From positions 1-33,662 of the forward strand of contig JBBCAX010000049.1 of assembly GCA_051382335.1 (NCBI GenBank): 33,662 nucleotides of DNA. The letters run 5' to 3'. Positions 8,996 to 18,578 of this stretch are shown here, in pieces. The notes beneath the pieces were generated by a model. That model did not search any database. It was not told the DNA's origin and was given only the letters and a program-made list of their open reading frames with translations. Position 1 is the stretch's first letter. Each line of letters begins with the position of its first letter. Source of the stretch: Deltaproteobacteria bacterium TL4 (GTDB lineage Bacteria; SAR324; NAC60-12). A program made the translations under genes and the position numbers.

Positions 8996-10159
8996 ATGGC
9001 TGAACAAAAACAATCTAAGCCGCTCGTTCTGATTGTAGACGATACGCCTACCAATCTCACGGTGCTGTCCGATGCGCTAAAATCGGACTATCGCATCAAG
9101 GTCGCAACCCACGGTCAGTTGGCACTGGATATCATTCGTAAGGATAAACCTGTGCTCGTTCTGCTTGACGTGATGATGCCGGGGTTGGATGGATACGAGG
9201 TTTGCCGCAGAATCAAACAGCAACCGGAGACCCAGGATATTCAGGTGATCTTCGTTACAGCAAAGAACGACACTGTTGATGAAGAGGCCGGCTTGAATCT
9301 GGGTGCCGTGGATTACATCACCAAACCTTTTCGGTTGCCCATCATCAAAGCCAGGGTGCGTAACCATGTCAATCTCAAACTGAAGTCTGAGCAATTACAG
9401 GAAAAAACCGATGAATTGGCTCGAAAGAATGAGGAAATAACTCAGGATTTGAAAACAGCGGCAGTGTTACAGTCTCAATTATTCACGGGCTATCGCACTC
9501 CTGATTTTTTAAAAGTAGCGGTGCGTTATCTCCCCCATTCCTACGTTTCGGGGGATATTTACAAAATTTATTCAGATGATGCTGGTCAGTTCAAACTGTT
9601 TCTGGGAGATAGTACCGGACATGGCCTTGCGGCCGCGCTGACAACAATCATGGCCGATATTCTGCTCAGTCAAAAAGCCGATGCGGCTCCTGGCGAAACG
9701 ATGAATTACATCAATGATGCCTTAAAAGCCCATTTGCCTATCGACCGTTTTATGTCAGCCATCCTTCTGCAAATCAGGAAAGATGGGCCTTTGGCGATTG
9801 CCAACGCAGGACATCCGCCCTGCCTGCTGCTACCGGCCAATGGAGAAGAACCTGTCTTGTTGACTGCTAAAAATATAATGCTGGGGATTTTAAAGACCCC
9901 AGAGTTCCAATGTAAAGAAGCCATTTATACCCTCCAGCCTGGAGATCTGGGCCTTCTTTATACCGATGGAATCACAGAACGGGACAATTCAAAGGGAGAT
10001 TTTTTTGGTGATGAACGGTTGATTCAGTTCATGAGGGAACATCGAAACATGGAAGTGACAGCCCTGTTGGAAAAGCTGATACAAGCGGCGGATCAGTTTG
10101 CGGAAGGCAAGGCTCCGGATGATGATGTAACATTGATTGTGTTCCGGTATTTGGGATAA
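8996..10159 (+). CDS. Response regulator with SpoIIE/PP2C phosphatase output domain (RsbU/RsbP-like)
   Basis: REC VLIVDD...LLDVMMPGLDG...KP; coiled-coil linker; PP2C motifs VSGDIY, GDSTGHG, NAGHPP, LYTDGITE, DDVTL. Confidence 0.92.
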   Translation: MAEQKQSKPLVLIVDDTPTNLTVLSDALKSDYRIKVATHGQLALDIIRKDKPVLVLLDVMMPGLDGYEVCRRIKQQPETQDIQVIFVTAKNDTVDEEAGLNLGAVDYITKPFRLPIIKARVRNHVNLKLKSEQLQEKTDELARKNEEITQDLKTAAVLQSQLFTGYRTPDFLKVAVRYLPHSYVSGDIYKIYSDDAGQFKLFLGDSTGHGLAAALTTIMADILLSQKADAAPGETMNYINDALKAHLPIDRFMSAILLQIRKDGPLAIANAGHPPCLLLPANGEEPVLLTAKNIMLGILKTPEFQCKEAIYTLQPGDLGLLYTDGITERDNSKGDFFGDERLIQFMREHRNMEVTALLEKLIQAADQFAEGKAPDDDVTLIVFRYLG

Positions 10160-10160
10160 A

Positions 10161-10174
10161 CCCACCCGGGTGGG
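10161..10174. repeat. Perfect 14-bp GC-rich palindrome just after the response-regulator stop, between convergent genes
   Basis: CCCACCCGGGTGGG is its own reverse complement. There is no clear U-tract, so a terminator role is uncertain. Confidence 0.4.
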
Positions 10175-10230
10175 GTAAGAACTATTCGCCTAAAATCTAA
10201 TAGTTTTCTTTCAAGGGATGCGCCACAGCG

Positions 10231-10890
10231 TTATTCTGTTTTTTTAGAAAAGAGGATGACCTCTTTGTTTTCAAAGCTTAGTTCGGCTAGCCAGTAGGTT
10301 GCCAACCATTGACAGGTTGTTTGTGAGAAAAAGCAGACATGCGTCGGATCATTTTTATAGTACCATTTCCCAAAGGAATCGCCATCCAGGACAAGTTCCG
10401 TCATGAGTCCCAAGATACCACCCGGCTTTAAGCAAGACCACAAGCGATTCAAATCTGCTTTGGGATGGTGCAAATGTTCCACCACTTCTGTGGACGTAAT
10501 AAAATCATATTTTTTTTGGAACACCAACAAATCGGGCGCGTAAAAGAAGTCGTAGATATTCATAAAATGTCCAGCCTCTTCAAACATCACAGAGAGCGTA
10601 GGGCCTGGACCAGAACCAAAATCGAGACCTAAACTTCCGGGAGACAAACGCTTTTGCATGGGAACAAACAGGCGACTGAGAAATTGACGATAGCCCTGGT
10701 CGTGCTGATCGTTTTGATGAAAATCGTACCGGGCTTTTTCGTCTTCTGTTGATAAAAACTGCTCCGAGGGCACAAAGATCAAGTCACATACTGGACAACG
10801 AAAATAGTCCCGCGACTTGTCTTTGTAAAGGACCTTTGCCTCTAAGGATTCACATAAGGGACAAGTTTGATTTTCATCATTGATGTTCAC
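10231..10890 (-). CDS. Class I SAM-dependent methyltransferase with N-terminal Zn-binding CxxC pairs
   Basis: CPLC...CPVC; motif I LDFGSGPGP; YDFITSTEVVEH; LKPGG; DPTHVCFF. GTG start preceded by GGAG. Confidence 0.88.
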   Translation of the reverse strand: MNINDENQTCPLCESLEAKVLYKDKSRDYFRCPVCDLIFVPSEQFLSTEDEKARYDFHQNDQHDQGYRQFLSRLFVPMQKRLSPGSLGLDFGSGPGPTLSVMFEEAGHFMNIYDFFYAPDLLVFQKKYDFITSTEVVEHLHHPKADLNRLWSCLKPGGILGLMTELVLDGDSFGKWYYKNDPTHVCFFSQTTCQWLATYWLAELSFENKEVILFSKKTE

Positions 10891-10961
10891 TCAATTCTCC
10901 ATTTTTGTTGCCTCTGCCTACAAGCTTTGAGATTACGTGGACAAAGGGCGTTGGTTTCTAC

Positions 10962-12368
10962 TTACGAAACGCCGGGAGCTTCGAGAATATGCATACACAT
11001 GGCGGCTTCTTCAGAACCCAAGGCGCCGCCGCCGTTTTCGGCCATAGCCAGTTTCGGATTTTTCACCTGACGTTTTCCCGCATTCCCTCTGAGTTGCGTA
11101 ACCAGTTCATGAATTTGTCCCAGTCCTGACGCACCGATCGGATGGCCTCTTGATAACAATCCGCCACTGGGGTTGATGGGGATTTTACCACTAAGTTGGG
11201 TTGCGCCTTTTTCAGCAAAAAGGCCTCCTTCTCCCTTGGGACAGAATCCCAGGTTTTCGACTTGAGCCAATTCTCCAAAGGCTGTGGCATCATGAACTTC
11301 CGCCAAGTTGATATCCTCCGGACCAACCCCCGCCCTTTCGTAAGCCAGTTTGGCAAGTCGTTCTCCAATGTTCGGAAGCTCACTGCCTTCAGGATATTCC
11401 ATTCCTGAACCCAGAATAGAGGCTCTGATTTTGATCGCTTGTTTCTGTAAGCCAAGTTTTTTTACCATGTCTTCAGAACACAAGATTGCGGACGCTGAAC
11501 CATCACCAATAGGAGCGCACATGGAGCGGGTTAAGGGATAGCTCACCAGACGGTCCGACAGAACTTTTGCCACAGGTACTTCAAACTGATATTGAGCGTT
11601 AGGGTTCAAAGTACTGTTGAAGTGGTTTTTTGAGGCAATGATCGCCAGTTGTTCCACGGTGCTGCCATAGGTTTTCATGTGCATTCTGGCCGCATAACCA
11701 TAGATGTCCATGAAAGGGGAATGATCTCCAGAGGCGAATTTGCTCAACTTGTAAACGGTCTCATAGCCGAGACGTTCTCCCATCGTAATGCCCACCGTAA
11801 AAGCATCTCGGGCTTCCTTAATTTGAGCTTTGAGCGTTTTTGTGTGCTTACTGGAAGAAGATTTTTCAGGTTTGGAATATTTCTTTTTGAAGGCTTCAAC
11901 GACTTTTTGATCTTCTTCAGTTAATTTAAATCCACTTAGATTCTTTGTGTTTTCAAGGCAATTTTCAATATCGGTTCCGCCTAAAAACGCGGAAAAAGTG
12001 TTCATTTTGTTGGTGTTGAACATTTGTTCCGCACCGACAGCCATCGTGATGTCATAAAGCCCGCTCATGACTCCCAACCAGGCGTGATGTAACGCCGTGG
12101 AACCGCTGGCACAAGCATTTTCGACGTTGGTAATCGGGATTTTTTCCAACCCCATTGGGCGAAGCGCAACCTGCCCCCGGATGCACATTTGGCCTTTCAT
12201 GTGTCCCCAGCTTGAGTTGGAAAACCAAACGGCCTGAATGTCTTTCAGATCCATGGCGGAATCCTTTAAGCAGCCTAAAACGGTCTGCTGGGAAAGATCC
12301 TTAATACTTTTGTCCAGGTACCTGCCAAATTTAATCGTATGCACTCCAACGATATAAACATCTCTCAT
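10962..12368 (-). CDS. SCP2/SCPx-type thiolase family protein
   Basis: NVENACASGSTA (catalytic Cys), SPFMDIY, CAPIGDG, EVHDA, NPSGGL, GHPIGASG, ENGGG. Carries a long charged insertion. Confidence 0.9.
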   Translation of the reverse strand: MRDVYIVGVHTIKFGRYLDKSIKDLSQQTVLGCLKDSAMDLKDIQAVWFSNSSWGHMKGQMCIRGQVALRPMGLEKIPITNVENACASGSTALHHAWLGVMSGLYDITMAVGAEQMFNTNKMNTFSAFLGGTDIENCLENTKNLSGFKLTEEDQKVVEAFKKKYSKPEKSSSSKHTKTLKAQIKEARDAFTVGITMGERLGYETVYKLSKFASGDHSPFMDIYGYAARMHMKTYGSTVEQLAIIASKNHFNSTLNPNAQYQFEVPVAKVLSDRLVSYPLTRSMCAPIGDGSASAILCSEDMVKKLGLQKQAIKIRASILGSGMEYPEGSELPNIGERLAKLAYERAGVGPEDINLAEVHDATAFGELAQVENLGFCPKGEGGLFAEKGATQLSGKIPINPSGGLLSRGHPIGASGLGQIHELVTQLRGNAGKRQVKNPKLAMAENGGGALGSEEAAMCMHILEAPGVS

Positions 12369-12398
12369 AAGTCACCTCCATAATAATGTTGATCGATA

Positions 12399-13493
12399 CT
12401 AGGCAGCGTTTTTTTGCCAAAGGGAAATACTTTTTATTTGTGGATGTCCCAGCAAAAACTCACATTGTTTGGCATCCCGAAAACGTCGTTCCTGTTCATA
12501 GTCCTCCATGTAGCCATTGCCTCCAAATATTTGAATTCCATTGGAAGTTTGTCCAGAAAGTTTTTCCGCACTGCTTAGCGCTAAGCCCATTTGTCCGTCA
12601 TTGATGGAGTTTTCCGGTTTAAGGGACATCAGGATTCCACGCCAGCTTTCGTACAAACTCGCGTTATCTCTGTAGAGTTCCGAGAGCATTTTTTTCATCA
12701 CGGTATGTTCCTGAATGATTTTGCCTCCCTGATACCGTTGGGCCGCATATTTTTGCGCATGAGCATAACTGCTTTGGAGAATTCCTGAACGGATGGCCAG
12801 CATATAAACTTCAGCTTGAGACCACAGGGTTGTGACGACTTGAGTGCAGCGGGCACCTGTCATGATTTTCTGCTTTTCCAATACGTCCACATGATTCAGT
12901 GTTAAATCGCCCACAGGACATCCTCGCAATCCCAGCGTGTGTTCCACAGGTTTTCTTTGATACTCACTATCGTATTTCACATGAGCATCGGCGTAATCGA
13001 CAAAAATCAGCAGGTTTGGTTCCTCAGGAGTATGAAACAGAGGTAACATCAGCTTTTTCGCAATAGGAAGCGCAGGAATAAAAGTCCATTGACCCGAGTA
13101 GCAAAGGTTATTGTTGGTTTTTTGCGCCTTGAGGTAATGTTGCCATTCCTGGGGATGGTCAAACAGAGGCAAGGCCACCCATCCGTCAGGTGCGTCCAAA
13201 CCCGCGCTAGCCAATAACGATCCCGCCATGTTTTGTTGCACGACCAGTAAGGCGAGACTGGGGGAATAGCGGGCCAGCGTGTAAGCCGTTTCAGCGACAA
13301 GATCCAAGGCTCGCGAGGTTTCCGGAGTATGCAGAATATCGAGAATTCCCAGTTTTTGAAGTTCGTTGAATAACGCTTCGGGAAAGGTGGGATTTTTTTG
13401 ATAAGCTTCCAACTCTTTGAGCCACTGCTCCTTGTGAGCGTTGCACCAGTCTTCTAAAGTTTCACGTAATATCGATTGAGTCTCTTGATCCAT
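12399..13493 (-). CDS. Acyl-CoA dehydrogenase family protein, degenerate (possible non-catalytic partner subunit)
   Basis: TLGLRG, YAAQRYQGGK and IQIFGGNGYMEDYEQERRFRDAK are present. The canonical IYEGTxE/Q segment is replaced by EFLLGHPQI, and the N-terminal FAD motifs are poorly conserved. Confidence 0.8.
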   Translation of the reverse strand: MDQETQSILRETLEDWCNAHKEQWLKELEAYQKNPTFPEALFNELQKLGILDILHTPETSRALDLVAETAYTLARYSPSLALLVVQQNMAGSLLASAGLDAPDGWVALPLFDHPQEWQHYLKAQKTNNNLCYSGQWTFIPALPIAKKLMLPLFHTPEEPNLLIFVDYADAHVKYDSEYQRKPVEHTLGLRGCPVGDLTLNHVDVLEKQKIMTGARCTQVVTTLWSQAEVYMLAIRSGILQSSYAHAQKYAAQRYQGGKIIQEHTVMKKMLSELYRDNASLYESWRGILMSLKPENSINDGQMGLALSSAEKLSGQTSNGIQIFGGNGYMEDYEQERRFRDAKQCEFLLGHPQIKSISLWQKNAA

Positions 13494-13501
13494 AGTCTCT
13501 C

Positions 13502-15001
13502 TCAGTTTATAAATTGTTGCTGAAGGCGTTTTTTCACATAATCCAGCATATTGATCTGGTTGGTTCCTTCATAGATTTGTAACAATTTCACATCTCGTAA
13601 CAATTTTTCCGCGCCATTAGCGTGTCGGCAGCCTTCTTTTCCCATTAACGAGATTGCCTGCTGACAATTTTGAAAAGCCAAATCCGAGCAGCTTACTTTA
13701 GCGACATCTCCGTAAGCCGTAGCGATATTTCGCTCGGACTCTGGCATTTTTTGAAAGCCAAGCCAATTCGCGAATTTTGTCATTGCGGGCGCGTCAAAGA
13801 AGGCTTGGCTGAGACTTTTGACAGGAGGCATTTTCATTAACCATTCCGGCGCGTCCTTACCCAAGGTTAGACTGTCGATCAGGGAGAGCAGGCCTTTATA
13901 ACAAACAGCGGTTATGGCATTTAAATAAATCGCGCGGCTCATTTGAGCACGTCTACAGAGCTCGGCCAATTCCAGTTGAACCCACTGATGCTGTTCCATG
14001 GGAATTCCCAGCATTTGACTTTTACGAACATAAGCCAGTGCTGTACGGTAAGCGCCTTCAGCAACGCCCGTCGCAAACCCTCCAACACCGCTCCTGGTCG
14101 CGCCGAGAACATTCGCTAATAAAATTCCAGTCGAAGCCTTCCGATCCAGGCAAACAACCATATCATCAGGAACAAAAACATCTTCAAAAATCATTTCACT
14201 CGCAGGACAAATCCGTTGTCCCATTTTCTTTTCATTCCTGGCACAGGAAACGCCTTTACTGTGATTGGGGACCAACAGGATCAAGCTTGATTCCGCAAGA
14301 TGCGTTCTGTCAGAAAAAGCAAAAACCACATGCAAATCGGCAAGGCTGCCGTTGGAAATAAACACTTTGTTGCTGTTTAAGACGTAGCCGCCTTTGACTT
14401 TTTTGGCAAAGGTTTTCAAATTAGCTTTTTCAAATTCTTCAGAATCTTCCGCGTCAGAACCAGCACCTGATTCAGTGAGACACGTTGAAAGCAGAATAGG
14501 TTTTCCCTTTCGTTCATTCTCACTGATCAAATCCGCAATGTATTTGATCAATCGGGTATTCATCGTTGCGACAACACATGAAATGGCCAAGCCACTGACA
14601 CCAATCAAGTTGGCCAGACCGACACAATGGGTCGCGATGACTTCCAGATTGATCACATAGGATATAAAAGGCATCCCTCCCCCGCCTGTGATTCTGGGAA
14701 AAAATCCGGAAAATAATTGGTACTCACAGGCTTTCTCCAAAATATCCCAGGGAACATAGGAAGGGTCCTTCATCACTTTGAGGTCAATTTCCAAGGCCCG
14801 AGGCGCGATGTAGCCTTCTGTAAACTCAATAATTCGGTTATAGTAGTGTTCCATTTCCGTATAACCGCTCACTCCCTTTTTAGCCAGATAAGCCAATTCA
14901 GGATATCGTTCTTCAAAGCTCCACTCTTTGGGTAAAACCCCTGCTTTGGCAAAAGGAGGACATTCCTCCACAAAAATAGATTGATTTTTAGACTGGCTCA
15001 T
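13502..15001 (-). CDS. Acyl-CoA dehydrogenase
   Basis: CLTESGAGSD, LNSNKVFISNG, KKMGQR, FEDVFVP, EKLLRDVKLLQIYEGTNQI (catalytic Glu position intact). Confidence 0.92.
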   Translation of the reverse strand: MSQSKNQSIFVEECPPFAKAGVLPKEWSFEERYPELAYLAKKGVSGYTEMEHYYNRIIEFTEGYIAPRALEIDLKVMKDPSYVPWDILEKACEYQLFSGFFPRITGGGGMPFISYVINLEVIATHCVGLANLIGVSGLAISCVVATMNTRLIKYIADLISENERKGKPILLSTCLTESGAGSDAEDSEEFEKANLKTFAKKVKGGYVLNSNKVFISNGSLADLHVVFAFSDRTHLAESSLILLVPNHSKGVSCARNEKKMGQRICPASEMIFEDVFVPDDMVVCLDRKASTGILLANVLGATRSGVGGFATGVAEGAYRTALAYVRKSQMLGIPMEQHQWVQLELAELCRRAQMSRAIYLNAITAVCYKGLLSLIDSLTLGKDAPEWLMKMPPVKSLSQAFFDAPAMTKFANWLGFQKMPESERNIATAYGDVAKVSCSDLAFQNCQQAISLMGKEGCRHANGAEKLLRDVKLLQIYEGTNQINMLDYVKKRLQQQFIN

Positions 15002-15009
15002 AATGCTCC

Positions 15010-15837
15010 CTAAAGACCTCTCATTGAGGCAAGACGGTTGATGATGTTGCCATAAGTTTCCGGAAACAAACGTTGAATCAGATCCATAGCCTGGGCATCA
15101 GGACCAATCAGAATTCTTTCTTTTTCACGGGTAATGCCTTTGATGATTTTTTTTGCGGTATCCTCCGCGGAGGTCATCGTCGCGTTATCAAAGGACGTCG
15201 CGAAAGATTTGGAATCACGGGATTTCCCATCAATGCTTTTATAGGCGCGAGCGTTATGCGCGATCCGGGTTTTGATGCCACCGGGATGAATGCATGAAAC
15301 TTTAACGGAGGTGCCTTTGAGTTCCTGTTTCAAAGATTCCGTGAAGCCTTTGACGGCAAACTTTGAAGCGTTATAAACCGCCATGGTCGGAACTGCGACA
15401 ATGCCAAAAATACTGGAAATATTCACAATATGGGCTTCCTCTTGTTCTTTGAGGTGTGGCAGAAACGCTTTGGTCCCATAAACAACGCCCCAAAAATTAA
15501 TGCCCATCAACCACTCAAAATCCTCATACGAAACATCCTCAATCGTTTGAGCCACGGCGACACCGGCGTTATTGATCACAAGATGCACATCATGGTGCTG
15601 ATCAATCACCTCTTCAGCAAACTGATAAACCGCTTCTTTTTTAGAAACGTCCAGGGGATGGGCACTGACCTTGATTGAATTTTGACTGACTTCTTTTCTG
15701 GTTGCCTCCAAGCCTGAAGTATCGATATCCGCAAGCGCGAGATTACAACCTTTTTGGGCTAACTGCAAAGCGAGTTCCCTTCCTATTCCCGAAGCGACTC
15801 CTGTGATCACCGCTGTTTTTCCTTTTAAAGAACGCAT
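15010..15837 (-). CDS. Short-chain dehydrogenase/reductase (classical SDR)
   Basis: TGVASGIG, NNAG, ISS, YNASK, HPGGIKT. The acidic residue in LADID suggests NAD(H) preference (inference). Confidence 0.93.
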   Translation of the reverse strand: MRSLKGKTAVITGVASGIGRELALQLAQKGCNLALADIDTSGLEATRKEVSQNSIKVSAHPLDVSKKEAVYQFAEEVIDQHHDVHLVINNAGVAVAQTIEDVSYEDFEWLMGINFWGVVYGTKAFLPHLKEQEEAHIVNISSIFGIVAVPTMAVYNASKFAVKGFTESLKQELKGTSVKVSCIHPGGIKTRIAHNARAYKSIDGKSRDSKSFATSFDNATMTSAEDTAKKIIKGITREKERILIGPDAQAMDLIQRLFPETYGNIINRLASMRGL

Positions 15838-15913
15838 CGTTTTGACTCCTCTTCTCGTTTATTTGTTATAGACATTCATTCAAATAAATTCATTTGAGTC
15901 TAACCCAGACTGT

Positions 15914-15989
15914 GGAGTGCCAAAGCTTGCTTTGGCCAAAGCCCAAGAAAGGCCTTCGCCTTTCTGGCCAAAGCAAGCTTTGGCACTCC
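15914..15989. repeat. REP doublet (REPIN-like) of a GGAG-headed palindrome, possibly within a degenerate MITE (~15871-16056)
   Basis: Perfect 25-bp inverted repeat GGAGTGCCAAAGCTTGCTTTGGCCA (15914-15938) / TGGCCAAAGCAAGCTTTGGCACTCC (15965-15989). Each arm is itself a hairpin GCCAAAGC-TT-GCTTTGGC. Imperfect outer inverted repeat with an 11-bp perfect core AAATAAATTCA (15882-15892) / TGAATTTATTT (16035-16045). Confidence 0.82.
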
Positions 15990-16083
15990 TGAAACAGCGT
16001 TGTTTCAACGGATCTCGCAACAGGATGAGTTTTCTGAATTTATTTTCATGAGTATGACACCCTTTGAAACTTATTGCCAGAAT

Positions 16084-16869
16084 TCAGTTTTTCCTACTGG
16101 CAAGTACAGCCGCCCCTAATGCTCCCATCAATTGAGGATCTTCATTAAGAGGTTCAATTTCAACTCGTAAATATTGATGCAGAGATTGGAGCAAGCCTTT
16201 GTTTTTAGCGCAGCCTCCGGTCACCGTGACATTAGGTTCGATGCCGGCTCTTTTCGCCATGCCAAAAACACGTTTGCAAATGGAAGTATTGATTCCCGCG
16301 GCAATATCCGCTGGCGGAACACGGCTGTTCAGTAAGCTGATCACTTCGGTTTCAGCAAACACGCTGCATTGAGAGGTAATGGAAACGGTTTTTTTTGAGT
16401 TTAAGGAGAGTGCGGCTAACTCCTCCAGCGACATTTGGAAGATACGAGCCATGGCCTCAAAAAAGCGTCCTGTTCCCGCGGCGCATTTATCGTTCATGGC
16501 AAAATCACGCACGGTTCCGTTCTCATTCACCGAAATCGCTTTGACATCTTGTCCTCCGATATCGATGATCGTTCTTATGGTAGGATTGCAGTGATGCGCG
16601 CCAACAGCGTGACAGGTAATTTCAGAAACGTTCTCACCCGCAAAAGGAATTTCGGTTCGCCCATAACCGGTACCCACCAAAAATTTTAAGTTTCGATAAC
16701 CGTCTAAATCCTCAATTGGACGACACGCTTCCTCAAGAACTTTGGTTGCCGTTTCTACAGGATCAATTCGACTGGGAATGAGCGCGCTTCCCACAATTTT
16801 GCCCTCTTTAATAATAACGGCTTTACCTGTGGTTGACCCCACATCACAACCTCCATAATAACCTGACAT
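16084..16869 (-). CDS. 2-hydroxyacyl-CoA dehydratase activator (HgdC/HadI-like; BadF/BadG/BcrA/BcrD ASKHA ATPase)
   Basis: DVGSTTGK, TGYGR, EITCHAVG, IDIGGQDVK, MNDKCAAGTGRF, SQCSVFAETEVIS, TGGCAKN, GALGAA. Confidence 0.93.
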   Translation of the reverse strand: MSGYYGGCDVGSTTGKAVIIKEGKIVGSALIPSRIDPVETATKVLEEACRPIEDLDGYRNLKFLVGTGYGRTEIPFAGENVSEITCHAVGAHHCNPTIRTIIDIGGQDVKAISVNENGTVRDFAMNDKCAAGTGRFFEAMARIFQMSLEELAALSLNSKKTVSITSQCSVFAETEVISLLNSRVPPADIAAGINTSICKRVFGMAKRAGIEPNVTVTGGCAKNKGLLQSLHQYLRVEIEPLNEDPQLMGALGAAVLASRKN

Positions 16870-16894
16870 AGTCTCTCCTTTGATAATTTATTTT

Positions 16895-17032
16895 GGCCTC
16901 CGGTCTAAGCCGGGACAGTTGGAGTACCAAAGCTTGCTTTGGCCTGGAACGTGAACGTCTTGCTTGCTCCTCGCCAAAGCAAGCTTTGGCACTCCATTGA
17001 GAGCGGTCCTGTCCCGCTTTAGACCGGAGGCC
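16895..17032. mobile_element. 138-bp MITE (IS1595-like ends) enclosing a GGAG-REP doublet
   Basis: 24-bp terminal inverted repeat GGCCTCCGGTCTAAGCCGGGACAG (16895-16918) / CTGTCCCGCTTTAGACCGGAGGCC (17009-17032), 22/24. Exact 8-bp direct repeat TTTATTTT (16887-16894, 17033-17040). Inner REP arms at 16921-16943 and 16973-16995 belong to the same family as 15914-15989. Confidence 0.88.
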
Positions 17033-17051
17033 TTTATTTTTGTTTTTTTGT

Positions 17052-18524
17052 TTAACGATCGAGACGCTCCGCTTTCATAATCGTTTCCATGAATTCTTCA
17101 ATTTGTCGTTTCATTGAGGAAGGGTGTGAAATCCTGGAGTCGCATAAATCATACTGCAGAAAGAACAGCGGAATATTCCGTTTCCGGCATTGCTCCCGGA
17201 AAATACCGTTCAAGGCTTTGGTATTTTTGCAGCCAACATGCTCCGCCATAAAAATCATATCCAGGTCAAAATGTTCGTAAATGTGGAAGAGATCTGAAAA
17301 AAAGTTTTCAGAAGGTCCTCGGGTATGACGCGCCATCGGACCTTCCATAATGATCTGTGCCAGCCCATCCAGCATGGAATCAGGCGTTGCGGTATCAATA
17401 AAGCCGTGACGCTGGAAAGACATCATATCCATGATAAACGCAATGCCATAAGTGCTTTCCGTCCAATTGTATAAATCGGAAAAACTGGGAGTTGTGGGAT
17501 TCCACATCAAGGCTCGGAAGCGTTCTTCTTTGAGTGCGCCTTGTCCTCGCTCACGAAGTTGAGTTGCGAGTTTCAGCAGTTTTTTGAAATACTCAATGCT
17601 CAACGCATAGCCGGGAAAAAACTGTGAAGTAATCAAGTGCCCAAAAATAATCGGCTCTCCCGCCATGGGCGCGGGACGTTCCCGAAGCATCTCCCAAAGC
17701 TCCAATTCCAGTTCCTTGGCCTGATTACGCATTTCACAAATTTCACGTAACCGGTCCCAATCCATGCGTCCCGGTGTTTTTTCTTCCAACCAGGTGATCA
17801 TGCGTTTTAACTCTCCTACGAAATAGGTCCTCGCCCGTTCATTTTTGAAATTATGTGGAATATCCAGGCGAAACGCGGGAGCCTGGAGTTCCCGTTCCAT
17901 GACGGTATAGGAGGCCATCCCGCTATCACAGGGAAGATTCGACGCGACAATAGCGACAGGCGTAGGCATGTGTTTCATCAAGGTCATGCCCATGGTGGTT
18001 TTAGGCAAACTACAGGTGTCGGGCGCAATGCCTTCATTTTCCGCGGCATCAATATACGCTTCAGCAATGGGCGGAAATACCAAAGGCATGACCATGCCTC
18101 CAAACTCCCCCATCCAGGGTTTTAAGCCCATGGCCATCAAAATTTCAGGAGGAACCATATCTTCATGAAGCACGACTTTATCAGGATGCGTAAAAACGCC
18201 ATCCAGTAATTCTTCCATCACTTGTAATAATAATTTCGCAACCATCGCATTGGCTTCACGGTATTCTCCTGTGCGTCGATGAACCAGTTTAAAATAAAGG
18301 AATTCAAGGTTGATCACAAATTCCTTCAGCCAGGGGTAGCGCTTCATGTTTTTGGTGATTTCAGAAACTCCGTGTCTTCTGCTGAAATTTCCAACTTCTT
18401 TCAAGAGTTGAAATTGATATTTGGCGTTAATACTCAAGTCATTGACATTTTCCTGGAAGGATTTGTGTTTTAAATTTGCCACTCCCAGATCAAATTCGGT
18501 TCTTAAAATTTCAGCGATATCCAT
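17052..18524 (-). CDS. 2-hydroxyacyl-CoA dehydratase family subunit (HgdA/HadB/BcrB-like) with N-terminal extension
   Basis: Putative [4Fe-4S] ligands APDTCSLPK, NLPCDS, HVGCKN; FRLDIP; C-terminal DSR...IEEFME; adjacent to the activator and partner subunit. Confidence 0.85.
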   Translation of the reverse strand: MDIAEILRTEFDLGVANLKHKSFQENVNDLSINAKYQFQLLKEVGNFSRRHGVSEITKNMKRYPWLKEFVINLEFLYFKLVHRRTGEYREANAMVAKLLLQVMEELLDGVFTHPDKVVLHEDMVPPEILMAMGLKPWMGEFGGMVMPLVFPPIAEAYIDAAENEGIAPDTCSLPKTTMGMTLMKHMPTPVAIVASNLPCDSGMASYTVMERELQAPAFRLDIPHNFKNERARTYFVGELKRMITWLEEKTPGRMDWDRLREICEMRNQAKELELELWEMLRERPAPMAGEPIIFGHLITSQFFPGYALSIEYFKKLLKLATQLRERGQGALKEERFRALMWNPTTPSFSDLYNWTESTYGIAFIMDMMSFQRHGFIDTATPDSMLDGLAQIIMEGPMARHTRGPSENFFSDLFHIYEHFDLDMIFMAEHVGCKNTKALNGIFREQCRKRNIPLFFLQYDLCDSRISHPSSMKRQIEEFMETIMKAERLDR

Positions 18525-18578
18525 AATGCACTCTGTAATAATTGATAGCTTAAAACGGTCCTACTTTCCCCTTCCGCC

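Noticed and set aside
10231..10890. Methyltransferase as part of the acyl-CoA pathway
   Set aside because: It is on the same strand and 71 bp away, but belongs to a widespread stand-alone type with no functional link visible; membership is unresolved.
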